From positions 1,344,001 through 1,408,000 of the forward strand of contig CAVSTP010000004.1 in NCBI GenBank assembly GCA_963730935.1: a stretch of 64,000 nucleotides of DNA, written 5' to 3'. The first letter of the stretch is position 1. Each line of letters begins with the position of its first letter. Below, piece after piece: positions 60,966 to 64,000 of this stretch. Position numbers and translations under genes: made by a program. The DNA comes from an uncultured Nitrospiraceae bacterium (lineage in GTDB: Bacteria > Nitrospirota > Nitrospiria > Nitrospirales > Nitrospiraceae). The notes beneath the pieces were generated by a model that ran no database searches, was not told where the DNA came from, and saw only the letters and a program-made list of their open reading frames with translations.

Positions 60966-61039
60966 TTGACTTGAGCGGAACGCGTCCGTACGATTTTCTT
61001 GAATCGGTGTTCGCCGGCATCCGGATGCCGGCGAACACC
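60966..61039 (+). promoter_or_regulatory. Sigma70-type promoter followed by a perfect 34-bp palindrome
   Basis: TTGACT-17 nt-TACGAT; GGTGTTCGCCGGCATCC|GGATGCCGGCGAACACC (61006-61039). Confidence 0.65.
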
Positions 61040-61073
61040 ATCAAGCACGTCTCTTCACTCAGGGGACGATCGC

Positions 61074-61847
61074 ATGGTGAGCCGTCTACGCTGGGTCGCC
61101 GGAGTTGTATTCCTGGCTGCCATCCAGGGGGAAGCGGCGACCACGGAGCGGGCTCGACCCGAGGACGGGATTGCGTTCCAGACCATCATCGATCTGGAAC
61201 AGAGCGCCCGTCTCATCGCCATCCTGCTGGACTCCGGGCGCTCCGTCATCAACGAAAACCAACCTCTGTTCGATGATCCGGCCAAAGCCGACAAAGGCTT
61301 TACGCCCGACCTATTCGAGCGACAACTCGCACGCATGTTTCGCGACCGTTCGGGACTCGACCTTGCTGAGTTAGACTCGGCTCGGGTTCCGCCCGCGGCC
61401 AAGAAATGGCTCAAGGACCTGCTGACCGTGAGCAAGCAGGTCGTGAAGGACGCTCAACCAGAAATTAACCAGCCGGCCGCCCGCTCCAAGCTGATCCCAG
61501 CGGTGTTTGGCTCGCGCGTAGCCGGGCGTTTCACGGAGCGGACCGGTGTCCAGCTGAAGCAAACAGCCCTGGCTCCCCGAAATCCTGCCAATGCCCCCGA
61601 TGCGGTCGAACGATCGGCGCTGGAAATGTTTGCGGCTTCCGATTACCCGCGCGAAAAGACGATCAGTGAAGCCACGGCCAAAACCGGCATGGTGAGGCTC
61701 ATATATCCGTTGTACGTGACCAGGCAATGTCTCGATTGCCATGGTGAACCGAAGGGGACACTGGACAAGACGGGCTATCCCCGGGAAGGATTGCGGCTCG
61801 GACAGAATGCCGGCGCCATCAGCGTGGCGATCCGTATGTCACCATGA
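61074..61847 (+). CDS. Tll0287-like (DUF3365) monoheme c protein
   Basis: PRNPANAPD..E, CLDCHG, G..AGAISV; signal peptide. Confidence 0.85.
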   Translation: MVSRLRWVAGVVFLAAIQGEAATTERARPEDGIAFQTIIDLEQSARLIAILLDSGRSVINENQPLFDDPAKADKGFTPDLFERQLARMFRDRSGLDLAELDSARVPPAAKKWLKDLLTVSKQVVKDAQPEINQPAARSKLIPAVFGSRVAGRFTERTGVQLKQTALAPRNPANAPDAVERSALEMFAASDYPREKTISEATAKTGMVRLIYPLYVTRQCLDCHGEPKGTLDKTGYPREGLRLGQNAGAISVAIRMSP

Positions 61848-63448
61848 AACAGACGACACTCGTCATCGTCGCCGTACTAGTCTGGACAGGCGCTGCCTGG
61901 GCCGCTGACCGTCCGGCTCCTCCGACCGAACGGCCGTCAGGGACCGGCGTCATCGTCCATTCCGATGGGTATGTGCTCACCGCGCATCATGTCATTGCCA
62001 ACGCGCGCCGGGTAGTCGTCGTGACGCCGGGCGAAGTGCGAACCTCGGCGATCGTGGTCAGCACCGATCCGGAACACGATCTGGCCCTTCTCAAGGCAGA
62101 GACAGTCGGCCTCTCCGAAACCTCGATCGCTCATGCAGGAACCGTCAGGCTGGATCAGGAAGTCATCGCCGTCGGGTTTCCGTTCGGGTTGCGGGAAGTG
62201 TCCGTGACACGAGGGCGGATCGCAGCCGTGCGGACCAAGGGCGTGCAGCGCGTCTTTCAAGTCGATGCGGCCGTCAATCCCGGAAACAGCGGGGGACCTT
62301 TGTATAACGCGGACGGGGAACTGATTGGGATTCTGACGACCAAATTTTCTCATCCCTCCGGCATTGTTCCGGAAGGAATGGCCTTTGCCGTTCCGGTCAG
62401 TTATGCCACGCCTCTCCTCGCCAACATTGAGGGATTCGACTTCAGCGTGATCGGCAAAAGCCGCAACGGGAAGAAGGCCAAAAAAGGCAAGGCGGCCAGC
62501 GACGACCGGCTTGCGGGCATGCTGCGCACGACCGTCAGAATTGAGACGGCCAGAGGCGCGGAAGCTTCCCCTCCTCCAGCCACACCCGCTCCGGCTGAAT
62601 CCATCAAACGACAGGATCCCGTGCCCCCCATCGCTCAGGGACAAGGGGAAACCCGGAATCCAACCTCTCGCGCGCCGGACACTGATGTCATCCAACAAGT
62701 AAACGAACAGCTGCGGAAGACTCAACAGGAACAGCTCCTGGCGCTGACACAGCAGGGTGTCCCCGTCCCCGACGGGATGGTGTTGATCCCAGCCGGGGAA
62801 TTCTGGATGGGCGCGGAGGACGGCTTGCCCGACATGCGTCCCATGCATCGCGTCTACATGAGCACCTACTGGCTCGACCAGCATGAAGTGACCAACCGGC
62901 AATACCGGCAATGCATGGAAAGCGGAGGATGCGCTCCGCCAAAAGATCACTCAGCGTACGACGATGAAACGCGAGCCGATCATCCCGTCACGAATGTGAC
63001 ATGGACGCAGGCCAGAAATTATTGCCGCTGGCGTGGAAGGCGCCTGCCCACGGAAGCCGAGTGGGAAAAAGCGGCTCGCGGGATCGATGCGCGGCTCTAC
63101 CCATGGGGAAATTCCGACGACATGGTCAAGACCCGATCACGTCTCAGCGAATCGGCCAAGAACGGGACGGTGCCGGTGGGGAGCATCGAGTTCGCGCGCT
63201 CGCCGTATGGGGTTGCGGATCTCGTCATGAATGCCTCCGAGTGGGTCAACGACTGGTATGCAGAAGATTTTTATCGGTCCTCGCCAAGCCGGGATCCGCA
63301 GGGCCCCGCGCGTGGTGGATTCAAGGTGCTGCGCGGGGGTGAACCCAGCGACCGTCCGCTCGAGCTTCGGGTCAGCTATCGAGGATGGGATGACATGAGC
63401 TATTGGGGACCGGCGGTCGGCTTCCGCTGCGCACAAGACGGATCGTAG
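61844..63448 (+). CDS. Exported trypsin-like serine protease fused to an FGE-sulfatase (SUMF1-like) domain
   Basis: TAHHV, HDLAL, GNSGGP triad; FWMG, HEVTN, RLPTEAEWEKAARG, GFRCA. Confidence 0.9.
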   Translation: MKQTTLVIVAVLVWTGAAWAADRPAPPTERPSGTGVIVHSDGYVLTAHHVIANARRVVVVTPGEVRTSAIVVSTDPEHDLALLKAETVGLSETSIAHAGTVRLDQEVIAVGFPFGLREVSVTRGRIAAVRTKGVQRVFQVDAAVNPGNSGGPLYNADGELIGILTTKFSHPSGIVPEGMAFAVPVSYATPLLANIEGFDFSVIGKSRNGKKAKKGKAASDDRLAGMLRTTVRIETARGAEASPPPATPAPAESIKRQDPVPPIAQGQGETRNPTSRAPDTDVIQQVNEQLRKTQQEQLLALTQQGVPVPDGMVLIPAGEFWMGAEDGLPDMRPMHRVYMSTYWLDQHEVTNRQYRQCMESGGCAPPKDHSAYDDETRADHPVTNVTWTQARNYCRWRGRRLPTEAEWEKAARGIDARLYPWGNSDDMVKTRSRLSESAKNGTVPVGSIEFARSPYGVADLVMNASEWVNDWYAEDFYRSSPSRDPQGPARGGFKVLRGGEPSDRPLELRVSYRGWDDMSYWGPAVGFRCAQDGS

Positions 63449-63449
63449 A

Positions 63450-63759
63450 GGTGGATGACGGCCTTCTGCTTCAGCGACAGGTAAAACCGCAGTGTGCATG
63501 GCTCTGTAACTTGGTCCGTCCCGGACTTCGTCCGAGCTGACATTTTAACAGTGCGTCTCGCCATCGCCATCTGGGAAAAGGGCGCGTCCCGGGTACACGA
63601 TTGCAAAGCAATCGGTGGGTCGGTGGGTGAAAAGGATTGCCCAGGGTTGGGCGGGTGAGAATGTCGACCGCAGCGACAGGCCCTGCACCCCGCGCAAGTC
63701 ACACTGAGGCCACCATCCACCCCGATTGGGAAGAGTAAGCGAGCGAGCTTGGATGGACC
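63450..63759 (+). repeat. Structured intergenic repeat, copy D (long form plus 3' tail)
   Basis: GGTGGATGACGGCCTT/GAGGCCACCATCCACC closing stem (to 63721); tail GCGAGCGAGCTTGGATGGACC. Confidence 0.9.
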
Positions 63760-63920
63760 ATCATTGGCTGTACAACATTGTACGAAGTTGTACGTATAAG
63801 TAAGTTTATTGCTGACAAGCCTCCCTAATAACTCATTGAAAACATTCGATTGAGTGAAAGGAGCGAAAATTGCTCTACCCCCAACAGCTTTGCATCGCTA
63901 CCACTTAGGAGGAGGAAAAG

Positions 63921-64000
63921 ATGGATTGTCCGAAGTGCAAAGGGTTCATGGAGTTGGAGCGCTTCTCGGATTTCTTCTTGGTCTTCTATGCGTGGAAATG
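63921..64000 (+). CDS. Small Cys-containing protein, partial
   Basis: AGGAGGAGG RBS; MDCPKCKGFMELERFSDFFLVFYAWK... Confidence 0.7.
   Translation, partial: MDCPKCKGFMELERFSDFFLVFYAWK

Noticed and set aside
37850..63720. ORFs sharing peptides such as DAPFSQ.AMA and PTHRLL.NRLPGT (37850, 37936, 49463, 50167, 50202, 63400) as a microprotein family
   Set aside because: They are translations of the DNA repeat; starts, stops and frames are inconsistent between copies and there is no RBS
63859..63874. Possible sigma54 promoter AGGAGC-GAAAA-TTGCT
   Set aside because: Correct spacing but a poor -24 match; too weak to call

Overview
This is a GC-rich bacterial chromosome segment, most likely Nitrospirota (Nitrospira-like). 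That assignment is inferred from the Pup gene, SmbP, a form IV RuBisCO-like protein and several c-type cytochromes. The left ~33 kb is mostly housekeeping-type genes: YyaL-like, M28 peptidase, TolC, RNase Z-like, uvrA, yqgE, nitrilase, rhodanese/pentaheme cytochrome/HDAC, pepF, bfd, relA/spoT, recJ, an orphan pup and a K+-independent hppA. The right ~31 kb looks accessory, with many small, exported or membrane proteins. I saw no rRNA, tRNA, CRISPR array, transposase or integrase. The strongest unexplained signal is non-coding: a dispersed, modular, structured intergenic repeat family with at least 8 pieces (37981, 49445, 49651, 50227, 51286, 54848 minus strand, 58593, 63450). The copies have sequence-variable but base-paired closing stems, shared internal hairpins and a shared 3' tail, and several sit directly after stop codons. 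Other candidates are a separate 86-nt structured direct repeat (59243/59782), a DUF2844/DUF3443 pair in which DUF3443 carries pepsin-like motifs, microproteins ending in -AA, and several apparently leaderless genes. All family assignments come from motif recognition by eye, not from database searches.
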